This document shows, piece by piece, positions 9,857 through 20,982 of a stretch of DNA of 64,000 nucleotides. The DNA lies in contig JAJZTQ010000008.1 of assembly GCA_021848825.1 (NCBI GenBank), forward strand, positions 14,999 to 78,998, in the 5' to 3' direction. The stretch comes from Pseudomonadota bacterium. Lineage in GTDB: Bacteria; Pseudomonadota; Gammaproteobacteria; Burkholderiales; JABEVD01. Every line of letters begins with the position of its first letter. Position 1 is the first letter of the stretch. A program made the translations under genes and the position numbers. The notes under the pieces were generated by a model that was not told the origin of the DNA, searched no databases, and saw nothing but the letters and a program-made list of their open reading frames with translations.

Positions 9857-12603
9857 CAGATTACAAGAAAACACTGAACCTTCCGGACACGCTTTTCCCG
9901 ATGCGCGGCGATCTCGCCAAACGGGAACCCGCCATGCTCGAATCGTGGCAGGGAAGATATGGGAAAATAAGAGAAATCGCGTCGAACAGGCCGAAATTCA
10001 TCCTGCACGACGGTCCTCCCTATGCCAATGGCGACATCCATATCGGCCATGCCGTCAACAAGATACTGAAAGACATCATCGTCAAATCGAAAACCCTCTC
10101 AGGGTACGACGCGCCCTATGTTCCGGGATGGGACTGCCATGGCCTGCCCATAGAACTGATGGTCGAGAAGCAGCTCGGCAAAAAGGACACGGAACCTTCT
10201 GAATTCAGAAGGCTTTGCAGGGAATATGCACATGCCCAGGTGGAAAGCCAGAAGCGGGATTTCATCAGGCTCGGCGTGCTGGGCGACTGGGAAAACCCCT
10301 ATCTGACGATGAACCATGAAACAGAAGCGGACATCGTCAGGGCGCTCGGAAAGATAGTCGAAAACGGCCATGTCTACAGGGGGCAGAAACCCGTCAACTG
10401 GTGCATAGACTGCGGGTCGGCGCTCGCAGAAGCTGAAGTCGAATACGAGGAAAAGAATTCCCCTGCCATAGACGTCTCATTCGAAATCCTCGAAAGAAAG
10501 GCGCTGGAGCAGGCATTCGGCCTCTCCCTGCCTGATGAAAAAGCCTATGCAGTGATATGGACAACGACGCCCTGGACATTGCCTGCAAACGAAGCGGTCT
10601 GTCTGAATCCCGAATTCGATTACGTTCTGGCAAGAACGGAAAAGGGACTGCTTCTGCTTGCCGAAGGACTGAAGGATGGCTGCCTGGAAAGATACGGCAT
10701 CGAAGGCGAAGTCCTGGGAAGATGCAAGGGATCGAACCTGGAGAAGATCCAGCTCGCACACCCTTTCCTCGATAAGCGCGTGCCGATCATACTTGGCAGC
10801 CATGTCACCCTGGAAGGCGGAACAGGACTCGTCCATACGGCGCCGGCGCATGGCGTGGACGATTATCTCGTCGGACTGGCATATCGGTTGCCTGTCGACA
10901 ATCCTGTCGGATCCGACGGAAAGTTCTTCGACAATGTGCCCCATGTGGGCGGGCTTTCAGTCTGGAAGGCGAACGATGTCGTGATCGATCTCCTCGAAAA
11001 AAACGGTCATCTGCTGAAAGTGCAGAAAATCAGGCACAGCTATCCCCATTGCTGGCGTCACAAGACCCCCATCATATTCAGGGCGACATCCCAGTGGTTC
11101 ATCGGCATGGATCATGCGGAAGTGCCGCTGAGGGAAATCGCCTCGAAAGCGGTAGAAAATACGGCCTTCTATCCTTCGTGGGGAAAGGCGAGGCTGGAAG
11201 GGATGATAGAAAAGCGCCCTGACTGGTGCATCTCGCGCCAGAGAAACTGGGGCGTGCCCATTCCCTTCTTCGTCGACAAGGAAACGGGATCGCTCCACCC
11301 GGATACGATCGGTCTCCTCGAAAAGGTCGCCAAGAAAATCGAAAAGGACGGGATAGAAGCCTGGTTCTCGCTCGATCCTTCTGAACTCGGCATCGATTCG
11401 AGCTTTGAAAAGCTGAAAGATACGCTGGACGTCTGGTTCGACTCGGGCACGACGCATTATTCGGTGCTGAGGAAGCGGGAAGATCTCAAATGGCCTGCCG
11501 ACCTCTATCTGGAAGGATCCGACCAGCACAGGGGATGGTTCCAGTCGTCTCTTCTCTCCGGCTGCGCAATGGACGGACGCGCGCCTTACGATTCGCTCCT
11601 CACCCACGGCTTCGTGGTCGATGCGAACGGCCACAAGATGAGCAAATCGAAAGGCAATGTCGTGAGTCCGCAGAAGGTGATGGATTCCCTGGGCGCAGAC
11701 ATCCTCAGGCTGTGGGTCGCATCGACGGATTATTCGGGCGAACTCTCGATCTCGGACGAGATACTGAAGCGCGTAACCGAAAGCTATAGAAGGATCAGGA
11801 ACACCATCCGCTTCCTGCTCGCCAATCTCGCCGATTTCGACATCGAGCAAAACGGCATGCCTCTCGATGAATGGCTGGAAATAGACAGATACGCGCTCGC
11901 CCTCACCGCGCTCCTGCAGGAGGAATTGAAGGCAAGCTATGCGAAATACGAATTCCATGTCGTCGCGCAGCGGCTGCATCATTTCTGCTCCGAAGACCTG
12001 GGCGGATTCTATCTCGATATCCTGAAGGACAGGCTCTACACCTCGGGGGAAAATTCGGCCTCCCGCCGCTCGGCACAGAATGCGCTTTTCCATGTATTGA
12101 ACAGCCTCCTGAGGCTGCTTGCGCCGATCCTTTCCTTCACGTCCGAAGAAGCATGGGCGTTCTTCAGAAACGACGAAAAGGAAAGCCTTTTCTACCATGT
12201 CTGGCATGAATTCCCAAGCCTTAACGGAATGGAAGAGCTGGTTCGCAAATGGGAAAAGATCCGGGAATACCGCTCGGATGCGCAGAAGCAGCTCGAGGAA
12301 GCGAGACAGGCGGGACTCATCGGCTCTTCCCTTGCTGCGGAAGTCGAAATCCATGCGGGAGGCGAAAAATTCGAACTGCTCGCTTCCCTCGGAGACGACC
12401 TGAAATTCGTGCTGGTGACATCCGGAGCCAGACTCGTGAAGTCGGATCAGGAAAAGATCATCGTCGAGGCAAGCGAGAGCGAAAAATGCGAGCGCTGCTG
12501 GCATTACCGCGAAGAAGTGGGGAAAGACCCGGAACACCCCACGATCTGCGGGCGCTGCATATCGAATCTCCATGGGAAAGGCGAAGAGCGGCATCATGCT
12601 TGA
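9853..12603 (+). CDS. ileS: Isoleucine--tRNA ligase
   Basis: HIGH (HIGHAVNK) and KMSKS motifs and a C-terminal Zn-finger cysteine pair; 916 aa. Confidence 0.98.
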   Translation: MTDYKKTLNLPDTLFPMRGDLAKREPAMLESWQGRYGKIREIASNRPKFILHDGPPYANGDIHIGHAVNKILKDIIVKSKTLSGYDAPYVPGWDCHGLPIELMVEKQLGKKDTEPSEFRRLCREYAHAQVESQKRDFIRLGVLGDWENPYLTMNHETEADIVRALGKIVENGHVYRGQKPVNWCIDCGSALAEAEVEYEEKNSPAIDVSFEILERKALEQAFGLSLPDEKAYAVIWTTTPWTLPANEAVCLNPEFDYVLARTEKGLLLLAEGLKDGCLERYGIEGEVLGRCKGSNLEKIQLAHPFLDKRVPIILGSHVTLEGGTGLVHTAPAHGVDDYLVGLAYRLPVDNPVGSDGKFFDNVPHVGGLSVWKANDVVIDLLEKNGHLLKVQKIRHSYPHCWRHKTPIIFRATSQWFIGMDHAEVPLREIASKAVENTAFYPSWGKARLEGMIEKRPDWCISRQRNWGVPIPFFVDKETGSLHPDTIGLLEKVAKKIEKDGIEAWFSLDPSELGIDSSFEKLKDTLDVWFDSGTTHYSVLRKREDLKWPADLYLEGSDQHRGWFQSSLLSGCAMDGRAPYDSLLTHGFVVDANGHKMSKSKGNVVSPQKVMDSLGADILRLWVASTDYSGELSISDEILKRVTESYRRIRNTIRFLLANLADFDIEQNGMPLDEWLEIDRYALALTALLQEELKASYAKYEFHVVAQRLHHFCSEDLGGFYLDILKDRLYTSGENSASRRSAQNALFHVLNSLLRLLAPILSFTSEEAWAFFRNDEKESLFYHVWHEFPSLNGMEELVRKWEKIREYRSDAQKQLEEARQAGLIGSSLAAEVEIHAGGEKFELLASLGDDLKFVLVTSGARLVKSDQEKIIVEASESEKCERCWHYREEVGKDPEHPTICGRCISNLHGKGEERHHA

Positions 12604-13063
12604 GTGGATGCGCTGGCTCCCCCTGAGCCTCCTTGTCGTCGTTCTCGACCAGGCTGCAAAATGGCAGATCGTCGAATTGATCTCGGCGAAGGGAGAAATC
12701 GAGATCGCATCCTTCTTCAATCTCGTCCTCCTCTACAACGAGGGCGCTGCATTCAGCTTCCTCAACGAGGCCGGAGGATGGCAGAAGCCTCTTTTCATTT
12801 TCATCGCAGTCGCAGCATCCATAGTGATCGTCCGTCTGCTGATGAAGCACAAAGGGGAATTGCTTTTCAGCGCAGCACTGTCCCTCGTCCTCGGGGGAGC
12901 GCTGGGCAACCTGATCGACAGGATCAGGATAGGCCATGTCGTCGATTTCCTGGATTTCCATCTCTCCTCCCACCATTTTCCCGCCTTCAATCTCGCCGAT
13001 TCGGCCATCACGCTGGGCGCGGCCCTGTTGATACTCGACAATCTCCGAAAGGGAAAATCATGA
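12596..13063 (+). CDS. lspA: Lipoprotein signal peptidase II
   Basis: Four-TM protein with NxGAAFS and FNLAD motifs; canonical position after ileS. The start is uncertain (12572 or 12596). Confidence 0.9.
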   Translation: MLEWMRWLPLSLLVVVLDQAAKWQIVELISAKGEIEIASFFNLVLLYNEGAAFSFLNEAGGWQKPLFIFIAVAASIVIVRLLMKHKGELLFSAALSLVLGGALGNLIDRIRIGHVVDFLDFHLSSHHFPAFNLADSAITLGAALLILDNLRKGKS

Positions 13064-13995
13064 AGGTGGTGCTCGCCAATCCTCGCGGCTTCTGCGCTGG
13101 CGTCGACCGGGCTATTGAAATCGTCGAACGCGCGCTGGTCAGCTTCGGTGCGCCGATCTATGTCAGGCACGAGGTCGTACACAACAAGTTCGTGGTCGAC
13201 AACCTGAAGAAGAAGGGGGCGATATTCATAGAAGATCTCGCCCAGGTTCCGAAGGGCGCAACGCTGATATTCAGCGCCCACGGCGTTCCCCTTTCCGTCA
13301 GAAGGCAAGCGGAAGAAGCTGGATTCAGGCTTTTCGATGCGACCTGCCCGCTCGTCACGAAGGTTCACGTCGAAGTGGTCAGGATGCACGAACAGGGCAG
13401 GGAAATCGTCATGATAGGCCATGCCGGCCACCCGGAAGTGGAGGGCACCATGGGCCAGTGCCATGGCGGCATGTATCTCGTGGAGAAACCGGAAGACGTC
13501 GCAGCTCTCGAAGTCAGAAACCCGTCAAATCTCGCTTTCGTCACCCAGACCACGCTTTCTGTCGACGATGCATCGCGGATCATAGAAGCGCTGAAGGCAA
13601 GATTTCCGGAAATAGTCGGCCCCAAGAAGGACGACATCTGCTATGCCACGCAGAACCGCCAGGATGCGGTGAAATTGCTTTCCGATCAGTGCGATATCGT
13701 CATCGTCGTGGGTTCGCCGAACAGCTCGAATTCGAACAGGCTGAGGGAAGTGGCAAAGTCCCGCGGGGTCGAATCGTACATGATAGACAATGCGGAAGAG
13801 CTCGACGAAAAATGGCTACGCGGAAAAAAGACGATAGGTCTCACTGCCGGCGCCTCCGCTCCTGAAGAACTCGTCAGGGAAGTGATAGAAAGACTGAAGC
13901 GCCTCGGCGCCGAAGAAGTCTCGGAACTGCAAGGAACGCCCGAGAACGTTTCATTTCCCATCCCGAAACAACTGACTGGAAATGGCTCCCTTTAA
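13060..13995 (+). CDS. ispH: 4-hydroxy-3-methylbut-2-enyl diphosphate reductase
   Basis: [22 protein letters not shown] start. ATG 13060 overlaps the lspA stop. The 463-aa track ORF is an artefactual upstream extension. Confidence 0.95.
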   Translation: MKVVLANPRGFCAGVDRAIEIVERALVSFGAPIYVRHEVVHNKFVVDNLKKKGAIFIEDLAQVPKGATLIFSAHGVPLSVRRQAEEAGFRLFDATCPLVTKVHVEVVRMHEQGREIVMIGHAGHPEVEGTMGQCHGGMYLVEKPEDVAALEVRNPSNLAFVTQTTLSVDDASRIIEALKARFPEIVGPKKDDICYATQNRQDAVKLLSDQCDIVIVVGSPNSSNSNRLREVAKSRGVESYMIDNAEELDEKWLRGKKTIGLTAGASAPEELVREVIERLKRLGAEEVSELQGTPENVSFPIPKQLTGNGSL

Positions 13996-14042
13996 TCCCT
14001 ATAATCGAATTGAAGGATTCTTTTCACAAAAAAGGATTTAAA

Positions 14043-14348
14043 ATGAACACGACAGAATCAAAAGAAAAGCTGATTGCCGATTTCAAGGTCGTCATTGCCG
14101 ATGCCGAGGAATTGCTGCAGGCGACGGCGAGTGAAGCGGGTGAAAAATTCTCCGCAACCAGGGTCAAGCTTGAAAAGAAGCTGGCCACGGCGAAAACGAA
14201 GCTCGTCGAAGCGGAAGGACTGCTCCTGGACAAGGGAAAGGAAGCCGCCAAGGCTGCAGACAGCTATGTGCAGGAAAACCCCTGGAAATCGGTGGGCGTC
14301 GCAGCAGGGATAGGCATCATCATCGGCATGCTGATCGGGCGACGCTGA
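14043..14348 (+). CDS. DUF883 (ElaB/YqjD) family membrane-anchored stress protein
   Basis: Coiled-coil N-terminus, NPWKSVGVAAGIGIIIGMLIGRR C-terminal anchor. Confidence 0.8.
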   Translation: MNTTESKEKLIADFKVVIADAEELLQATASEAGEKFSATRVKLEKKLATAKTKLVEAEGLLLDKGKEAAKAADSYVQENPWKSVGVAAGIGIIIGMLIGRR

Positions 14349-14352
14349 TTGC

Positions 14353-14724
14353 ATGGAAAATGAAGCGCCGGGACTCTTCTCTTCTCTGAAAAACCTTCTG
14401 GCGACCTTTCTGGCGATTGTACGAACGCGTGCAGAGCTGTTTTCTGTCGAATTCGAGGAAGAGCTGGAGCGCATTTGCAGGCTGGCCTTTCTCGCCGCGA
14501 TGTCGTTTTTTCTCCTCGGCATCGCCGTCATCCTCATCGTTGCCCTGATTGTCGTCGCATTCTGGGAAGAAAACAGGCTGCTGGCGCTCGGGCTTCTCGC
14601 GCTTTTCTTCCTCCTTGCCGGCACAGGCTCTTCCATCCTCTTCATGAACAGGGCGAAATCCAGGACGAGGCTGTTTTCACAGAGCCTGGATGAGTTCGCC
14701 AGGGACCTGAGCGAACTGGAATGA
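14353..14724 (+). CDS. YqjE-like (DUF1469 / phage-holin-family) membrane protein
   Basis: Two central TM helices and the usual position after the DUF883 gene. Confidence 0.65.
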   Translation: MENEAPGLFSSLKNLLATFLAIVRTRAELFSVEFEEELERICRLAFLAAMSFFLLGIAVILIVALIVVAFWEENRLLALGLLALFFLLAGTGSSILFMNRAKSRTRLFSQSLDEFARDLSELE

Positions 14725-15005
14725 ACAAGATGGAAATGCTTGCCCTGCGCAGAAAGGCGCTTTCCGCAAGGATAGCGAGGCAAAGACTGGATCTTTCGAT
14801 GGAAGCTGCAGCCTTGATGCCTGCATTCAAGGCAGCCGACAAGGGGATTTCATTCCTCCGTTTTCTCAAGGCGCATCCTGTCATTCCCGCTGCCGCAGCC
14901 GCAGCCTTCTTCATATTGAGGCCGCGCCGCGCATTCGGATTGGGCAAAAGGATGTGGTTCTTCTGGAGAATTTACAGGAATGCCCGAAACAGGCTCGCAG
15001 CGTGA
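14721..15005 (+). CDS. YqjK-like protein
   Basis: Arg-rich N-terminal helix (IARQRLDL). 4-nt overlap with the preceding gene. Confidence 0.5.
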   Translation: MNKMEMLALRRKALSARIARQRLDLSMEAAALMPAFKAADKGISFLRFLKAHPVIPAAAAAAFFILRPRRAFGLGKRMWFFWRIYRNARNRLAA

Positions 15006-15315
15006 TGCTGCAGAAACCATCACGCCGGCAGTCTACGCATTGCAGGCCGCTTCCTTCTTTTTCGGTATCACCTACCTGATCGCGGTCATCATCAATTACG
15101 CCAAGCTGCCGGACGTGAAAGGAACCTGGCTGGAATCCCATTTCAGGTGGCAGATCAGGACATTCTGGTACAGCCTGCTGTGGGGCGTGGTCGGTTCGCT
15201 CACCTATTTCCTGCTGATAGGCTGGATCATCCTCGGCATGGATGCAGTCTGGGTGATCTACCGGATAGCCAGGGGATGGCTTCGTTTCAGCGACAGAAAG
15301 CCGATGTATCTTTGA
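14980..15315 (+). CDS. Small integral membrane protein, unknown function
   Basis: Three predicted TM helices. 26-nt overlap with the preceding ORF. No family recognised with confidence. Confidence 0.45.
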   Translation: MPETGSQRDAAETITPAVYALQAASFFFGITYLIAVIINYAKLPDVKGTWLESHFRWQIRTFWYSLLWGVVGSLTYFLLIGWIILGMDAVWVIYRIARGWLRFSDRKPMYL

Positions 15316-15324
15316 GGAAAAAAA

Positions 15325-16791
15325 ATGAAATACAAGGATCTTAGGGATTTCATTTCCCAGCTCGAGAAAAGGGGTGAGCTGAAGCGGATAGCCCTGGAAA
15401 TCGATCCGATTCTGGAGATGACAGAAATCAGCGACAGGGTGCTGAAGGCTGGCGGACCTGCGCTTCTTTTCGAGCACCCGAAACATGCTTCCATCCCTGT
15501 GCTGGCCAACCTTTTCGGCACGCCCGAGCGGGTTGCCCTTGGCATGGGAGAAGAGAGCATCGAGGCATTGAGGGAAATCGGCAAGCTTCTCGCCTATCTC
15601 AAGGAGCCCGAGCCGCCAAGAGGGCTGAAGGACGCGTGGGAGAAATGGCCAGTCTTGAAACAGGTCCTCAACATGGCGCCGAAGATGGTCAGGAATGCGC
15701 CATGCCAGGAGATAATCTGGGAAGGAAATGATGTCGATCTGGAAAAGCTTCCCATACAGAAATGCTGGCCGGGGGACATCTCCCCGCTCATCACGTGGGG
15801 GCTTGTCGTCACCAGGGGGCCTTTCAAGGAAAGGCAGAATCTCGGCATATACCGCCAGCAGGTGATGGCAAGAAACAAGGTGATCATGAGATGGCTCGCC
15901 CACAGGGGAGGCGCGCTCGATTTCAGGGACCATTGCGCAGCTTACCCCGGCCAGCCCTTCCCTGTCGCAGTCGCGCTCGGCGCGGATCCGGCCACCCTGC
16001 TGGGCGCCGTGACCCCCGTCCCAGATTCCTTGAGCGAATACCAGTTCGCGGGATTGCTGAGGGGATCCAAGACGGAACTGGTGAAGTGCATTGGCGCCGC
16101 CAGGCTGGAAGTCCCTGCAAGCGCTGAGATCGTCCTGGAAGGCGTGATCCATCCCGAAGAGACGGCCACAGAAGGCCCTTTCGGCGATCATACCGGATAC
16201 TACAACGAGCAGGAGAAATTCCCCGTCTTCACCATAGAGCGCATCACCATGCGCGAAAATCCGATCTATCACAGCACCTATACCGGAAAGCCGCCTGACG
16301 AACCCGCCATACTCGGCGTCGCGCTCAACGAGGTTTTCGTGCCGCTCCTGCAGAAGCAGTTCCCTGAAATCGCTGATTTCTACCTTCCCCCGGAAGGATG
16401 CTCATACAGGCTCGCCGTCGTTTCCATGAAGAAGCAGTATCCCGGGCATGCGAAAAGGGTGATGTTCGGCATCTGGTCATACCTGAGGCAGTTCATGTAC
16501 ACGAAATTCATCATCGTTGTCGACGACGATATCGATATCAGGAACTGGAAGGAAGTGATCTGGGCGATCACGACGAGGATGGATCCGGCGCGCGACACGC
16601 TGCTTGTCGAAAACACCCCCATCGACTATCTCGATTTCGCGAGCCCGGTCTCGGGTCTCGGCAGCAAGATGGGCATGGACGCGACAAACAAGTGGCCCGG
16701 GGAAACAGCCAGGGAATGGGGAAGACCCATAGCAATGGATCCCGACGTGAAGCGAAAAGTCGATGCGATCTGGGGAGCGCTCGGGCTCTAG
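15325..16791 (+). CDS. ubiD: 4-hydroxy-3-polyprenylbenzoate decarboxylase
   Basis: [22 protein letters not shown] start; full-length 488-aa UbiD pattern. Confidence 0.95.
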   Translation: MKYKDLRDFISQLEKRGELKRIALEIDPILEMTEISDRVLKAGGPALLFEHPKHASIPVLANLFGTPERVALGMGEESIEALREIGKLLAYLKEPEPPRGLKDAWEKWPVLKQVLNMAPKMVRNAPCQEIIWEGNDVDLEKLPIQKCWPGDISPLITWGLVVTRGPFKERQNLGIYRQQVMARNKVIMRWLAHRGGALDFRDHCAAYPGQPFPVAVALGADPATLLGAVTPVPDSLSEYQFAGLLRGSKTELVKCIGAARLEVPASAEIVLEGVIHPEETATEGPFGDHTGYYNEQEKFPVFTIERITMRENPIYHSTYTGKPPDEPAILGVALNEVFVPLLQKQFPEIADFYLPPEGCSYRLAVVSMKKQYPGHAKRVMFGIWSYLRQFMYTKFIIVVDDDIDIRNWKEVIWAITTRMDPARDTLLVENTPIDYLDFASPVSGLGSKMGMDATNKWPGETAREWGRPIAMDPDVKRKVDAIWGALGL

Positions 16792-16795
16792 CCTG

Positions 16796-18229
16796 CTAAT
16801 GCCGCTTCTTCTTGTGCTCCGTTCCCGCCGCCATTGCCTGCAATGCCTTGAGCCTCGCCTCCACCATGGAACGTGAATAGAAGTCGCCGTCGTCCGATTT
16901 TTCCGCGAGCTTCAACTGGTCTATCGCTGCAGGCAGGTTTCCGGCCAGGTAATAGGCTTCGGCCTGAGCCTGGTGCTGCAGAAGGTTCTTGCCCAATGCC
17001 GCATAGCTCCTCGCGCGAAGCTGGTAGAGATGATAATCCTTCGGATCGTCCTCGAGCGCGGACGAAACGATGGCGAGCGCTTTCTTCTGCTGCCCGTTGT
17101 CTATCAGCGCGCCGGCATAATCGTAGATCATCGCCTTGTAGCTCGGATAGGAGACGATCTCCTTTGCATAATAGGAAAGCGCGGTCTTGCTCTCTCCGAG
17201 AGCGAGATAGACTCTTCCCTGCATCGTGTCCACTATCGGGTTCTGTCCGTAAACCTTTTCCACCTTCTGAAGTTCCTTCTGGGCGCGCCCGTACTGCCCC
17301 ACCCTGTACAATGCCTCGGCGAGACCGAATCGTTCGGCCGTTTCGTTTTCGTATTTCTTTTCCTTCAATGCGGTTTCGAAATAGGAAAGCGCATCGTTGG
17401 GATTGCCCTGGTCGGCTAGCAGCCTTTCCTTGAGCAGCCAGAAATCGTGGCTGTCGACGACCTGCCTGTAGGGATAATTCTGCACCTTGTTCTCGATCTC
17501 GGATATCCGCTGGCTTGTCAGCGGGTGGTCCCTGAGGTAGACAGGCGCATTGTTCTCATAAAGCCGAGTCGATTTCTGCAGCCGCTCGAAGAAAGAAGCC
17601 ATGGCTCTGGGATCGAATCCCGATTTTTCGAGGACATCCAGCCCCACCCTGTCGGCTTCCTCTTCGTGCGCCCTCGTGACATCGAGCTGCGACTGGATGG
17701 CATTGGCCTGCGCTGAAGCGAGGGCGGCCGCGCTGACCTGGGAATTCGACCTCGCCGCGAGAATCGCCACGGCCAGCGCCGCAAGGGATTCCATCGTGCT
17801 TCCCTTCGTTTCTCCCGCCATCCGCGCATAATGCCTCTGGGTGACGTGGCCTATTTCGTGGGAAAGCACGCTTGCGAGCTCCGATTCGCTCTCTGCAGTC
17901 AGGATCAGGCCCGTGTTCACGCCTATGAATCCGCCTGGAAGGGCGAAGGCATTGACGGTATTGTCCTGGATCATGAAGAAATTCAGGGTCATGCCGGGCA
18001 TGCTGCTGTTGACGATCAGGCGCTGCCCAAGGCCGTCGAGATACTGCGTCAATTCCGGGTCGTCGAGATAGGACGGATCCGCCCTGATGTTGCGCATCAC
18101 CTCTTCACCAAGCTGTTTCTCCTGTTCCGGTGAGAGCGCAGCCTGGGAAGCATCAGCGATGTCCGGCAGTCCTTCGGCGAAGGCCGAAAGGGAAAAAACG
18201 AAAAGCAATACGCACAATACCCACTTCAT
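16796..18229 (-). CDS. Periplasmic M48 metalloprotease with TPR domain (BepA/YfgC-like)
   Basis: Signal peptide, HEIGH zinc motif and C-terminal TPR repeats. Confidence 0.85.
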   Translation of the reverse strand: MKWVLCVLLFVFSLSAFAEGLPDIADASQAALSPEQEKQLGEEVMRNIRADPSYLDDPELTQYLDGLGQRLIVNSSMPGMTLNFFMIQDNTVNAFALPGGFIGVNTGLILTAESESELASVLSHEIGHVTQRHYARMAGETKGSTMESLAALAVAILAARSNSQVSAAALASAQANAIQSQLDVTRAHEEEADRVGLDVLEKSGFDPRAMASFFERLQKSTRLYENNAPVYLRDHPLTSQRISEIENKVQNYPYRQVVDSHDFWLLKERLLADQGNPNDALSYFETALKEKKYENETAERFGLAEALYRVGQYGRAQKELQKVEKVYGQNPIVDTMQGRVYLALGESKTALSYYAKEIVSYPSYKAMIYDYAGALIDNGQQKKALAIVSSALEDDPKDYHLYQLRARSYAALGKNLLQHQAQAEAYYLAGNLPAAIDQLKLAEKSDDGDFYSRSMVEARLKALQAMAAGTEHKKKRH

Positions 18230-18371
18230 GCCCTCTATGATAAATCTTTTGCGATATAGTTCCTACAGCTCCTTGAAACCGGGACAACAGTCCCAATGTA
18301 AGGAACCGGAAGGCTTGCCATTAGGGCAAACCGTATTTAGGATATGAAAAACGAACCTTCAGGGCAGAGGA

Positions 18372-18692
18372 ATGAACTTCAACATTGTCGATTCAGCCGA
18401 ACTGGCAAGGCTGAGAAAATCCGGTGAAATCCGATTGATAGATGTCAGGACGGATGCCGAGGTGGCAAGGGGGGTCATTCCGGGCGCGATCCATATTCCG
18501 CTCCACCTGATCCCTTTCAGGATGGATGAAATAGACGGAAATGTCCCGACGATCATCTATTGCCAGTCGGGAGGACGCTCGGGACAGGCATGCGGCTTCC
18601 TCGCGGCAAAAGGATGGCAAAACCTCTCCAACCTCCAGGGAGGGATACTCGGCTGGGTCGCATCGGGAAACGCGCTGGCTCAACTTGGCTGA
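18372..18692 (+). CDS. Single-domain rhodanese sulfurtransferase
   Basis: Active-site loop CQSGGRS; 106 aa. Confidence 0.85.
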   Translation: MNFNIVDSAELARLRKSGEIRLIDVRTDAEVARGVIPGAIHIPLHLIPFRMDEIDGNVPTIIYCQSGGRSGQACGFLAAKGWQNLSNLQGGILGWVASGNALAQLG

Positions 18693-19128
18693 AGTCTTCA
18701 AACGCCCCTTTTCCGTGCTGGTCCTGGTGCATACCATCGATCTTGACGTGCTGCTTCTCGAGCGCGCCGATCACCCGGGCTACTGGCAATCCGTGACTGG
18801 CAGCCTCGAGGAAGAGGAAAGCCGCGAAGACGCTGCGAAACGCGAACTTCTCGAGGAAACCGGGCTCGAAAATGGCATCCTGGAAGACTGGGAAATCGAA
18901 ACGGAATACGAGATCTACCCGGAATGGCGTTACCGCTATGCGCCTGGCGTGAGCAAGAACGTCGAACATGTTTTCGGCTTCACCGTGGACAAGCGCTGCG
19001 AGGTCAGGCTTTCCGCCAGAGAACATCTGAATTTCATGTGGCTTCCTTATCAAGAAGCCGCAACAAGGGTTTTTTCACCGAGCAATGCATCAGCGATCCG
19101 GAAACTGCCGGAAATGATGAGGAAATGA
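18685..19128 (+). CDS. nudB: NUDIX hydrolase, dihydroneopterin-triphosphate pyrophosphatase-like
   Basis: FKRPFSVLVLV...WQSVTGSLEEEESREDAAKRELLEETG Nudix box. There is no in-frame ATG near the N-terminus, so I propose TTG 18685, which overlaps the rhodanese stop. Confidence 0.7.
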   Translation: MAEVFKRPFSVLVLVHTIDLDVLLLERADHPGYWQSVTGSLEEEESREDAAKRELLEETGLENGILEDWEIETEYEIYPEWRYRYAPGVSKNVEHVFGFTVDKRCEVRLSAREHLNFMWLPYQEAATRVFSPSNASAIRKLPEMMRK

Positions 19129-20228
19129 CAGGAGCAGACATGGCCATCGCATTCGAAACCTACAGGCAAGTCGACGAAGAGGCCTGCGAGGCGCGCATTC
19201 TGGAGGCGAAGGCAGCGCTCGGGCAAAAAGCCGTGATACTCGGCCATCATTACCAGCGGGAGGATGTCTACAGGCATGCTGACCTTTCCGGCGATTCGCT
19301 CAAGCTCTCCCGCCTTGCCGCGCAATCAGACGCCGAATACATCGTTTTCTGCGGCGTCCATTTCATGGCCGAAGTGGCGGACATCCTGACGAAGCCGGAG
19401 CAGATCTCCATTCTTCCCGATCTTTCTGCAGGCTGCTCCATGGCCGACATGGCCAACCTCTCGAAGGTCGAGCGCGCGTGGCGGGAGCTCTCATCCGTAC
19501 TCGATCCGGATGAAGCGATCACCCCAGTCACCTACATCAATTCGGCGGCGGATCTGAAGGCGTTCTGCGGAGAACACGGGGGCATCGTCTGCACCTCCTC
19601 CAATGCAGGAAAAATCCTGGAATGGTCTTTCTCGAAAAGGGAAAAGGTGCTTTTCTTCCCCGATCAGCATCTCGGCAGATGGTCGGGATACAGGATGGGG
19701 ATTGGTCTCGACGAGATGCTGGTATGGGATCACGACCTGCCCATGGGCGGACACAGCGTGGACGCCATCAGGCGGGCGAAGATGCTACTCTGGAAAGGGC
19801 ATTGCTCGGTCCACCAGATGTTCCAGGTCAGGCATATCGAGAGCTTCAGGCAGAAATACCCTGAAGGCAAGGTGATTTCTCACCCGGAATGCAATTTCGA
19901 CGTCTGCATGCATTCGGACGAAGTCGGCTCCACCGAGTACATCATCAAGACCATCGCAGCCTCTCCGGAGGGAACGAGATGGCTCGTCGGCACCGAGCTC
20001 AATCTGGTCGACAGGCTTGCCGGGCAATTCGCGCCGCAAGGCAAGACAGTCCAGTTCATGTCCCCGACATTCTGCATGTGCTCGACCATGGCGAGGATAG
20101 ATCCCCAGCATCTTGCCTGGACGCTTGAAAACCTGCTCGAAGGCCATGTCGTGAACAGGATAACCGTTCCCGAGAATGAGGCGAAGCTTGCAAGGCTCGC
20201 CCTTTCAAGAATGCTGGAAGTTTCCTGA
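19125..20228 (+). CDS. nadA: Quinolinate synthase
   Basis: VILGHHYQ, FCGVHFMAE and three conserved Cys regions. The start is 19125 or 19140. Confidence 0.9.
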   Translation: MTGADMAIAFETYRQVDEEACEARILEAKAALGQKAVILGHHYQREDVYRHADLSGDSLKLSRLAAQSDAEYIVFCGVHFMAEVADILTKPEQISILPDLSAGCSMADMANLSKVERAWRELSSVLDPDEAITPVTYINSAADLKAFCGEHGGIVCTSSNAGKILEWSFSKREKVLFFPDQHLGRWSGYRMGIGLDEMLVWDHDLPMGGHSVDAIRRAKMLLWKGHCSVHQMFQVRHIESFRQKYPEGKVISHPECNFDVCMHSDEVGSTEYIIKTIAASPEGTRWLVGTELNLVDRLAGQFAPQGKTVQFMSPTFCMCSTMARIDPQHLAWTLENLLEGHVVNRITVPENEAKLARLALSRMLEVS

Positions 20229-20229
20229 A

Positions 20230-20982
20230 ATGCCCAGAACCCTTCACGTCGCGACCTACAACATCCACAAGGGTTTTTCCCATTTCAACAGGCGCCTCAC
20301 CGTTCACGAACTCAGGGAGAACCTTCACTGCATGGGCGCGGACCTGATCTTTCTCCAGGAAGTCCAGGGTTCCCATGAAGGGCTCGCCGTCACGCAGGCA
20401 GGCTGGCCGCTCGCCCCCCAGTACGAATTTCTTGCAGGCCAGGTCTGGCCGGAATTTGCCTACGGCAAGAATGCGGTTTACGAGGAAGGCCATCACGGCA
20501 ATGCGATCCTGAGCCGTTTCCCCATCCTGAAATGGGAAAATTTCGACATCTCTGGGCACCGCTTCGAAAGCCGCGGATTGCTCCATTGCGAAATAGAGAT
20601 CCCGTCATGGGAGCGTCACCTTCACTGCATCTGCATCCATATGGGGCTCTCCTCGAAAGTGAGGAGAAAGCAGGTCGATGCGCTCGAGAAGAAGATAGAG
20701 GAAATCGTTCCTCCCGAATGCCCGCTGATCGTCGCAGGGGATTTCAACGACTGGTCGTGCCGCGCGCAAAGAATCCTGGTCAACGGCAAGCTCCTGAATG
20801 AAGTCTTCGAAACCACGCAGGGGCGCGTGGCGAAGAGCTTCCCTTCCGCACTGCCCCTTTTCAGGCTGGACAGGATCTATGTCAGGGGCTTCAATATCAG
20901 GGAAGCATCGGTCCATCATGGACGCCCCTGGTCCAGGATATCGGATCATGCGCCGCTTTCCACAACCATCGTCCTCAAATGA
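20230..20982 (+). CDS. Endonuclease/exonuclease/phosphatase (EEP) family protein (YbhP-like)
   Basis: TYNIHKG, LQEV and SDHAP motifs. 4-nt overlap with clsB. Confidence 0.8.
   Translation: MPRTLHVATYNIHKGFSHFNRRLTVHELRENLHCMGADLIFLQEVQGSHEGLAVTQAGWPLAPQYEFLAGQVWPEFAYGKNAVYEEGHHGNAILSRFPILKWENFDISGHRFESRGLLHCEIEIPSWERHLHCICIHMGLSSKVRRKQVDALEKKIEEIVPPECPLIVAGDFNDWSCRAQRILVNGKLLNEVFETTQGRVAKSFPSALPLFRLDRIYVRGFNIREASVHHGRPWSRISDHAPLSTTIVLK

Noticed and set aside
10957-12720. 587-aa minus-strand ORF inside ileS
   Set aside because: Shadow ORF opposite a 916-aa ileS carrying HIGH/KMSKS motifs. No motifs of its own.
12604-13059. 152-codon in-frame upstream extension of ispH overlapping lspA
   Set aside because: The conserved IspH N-terminus ([15 protein letters not shown]) begins at 13060, where the ATG overlaps the lspA stop. 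The extension is Arg/Pro-rich read-through of another gene's alternate frame.
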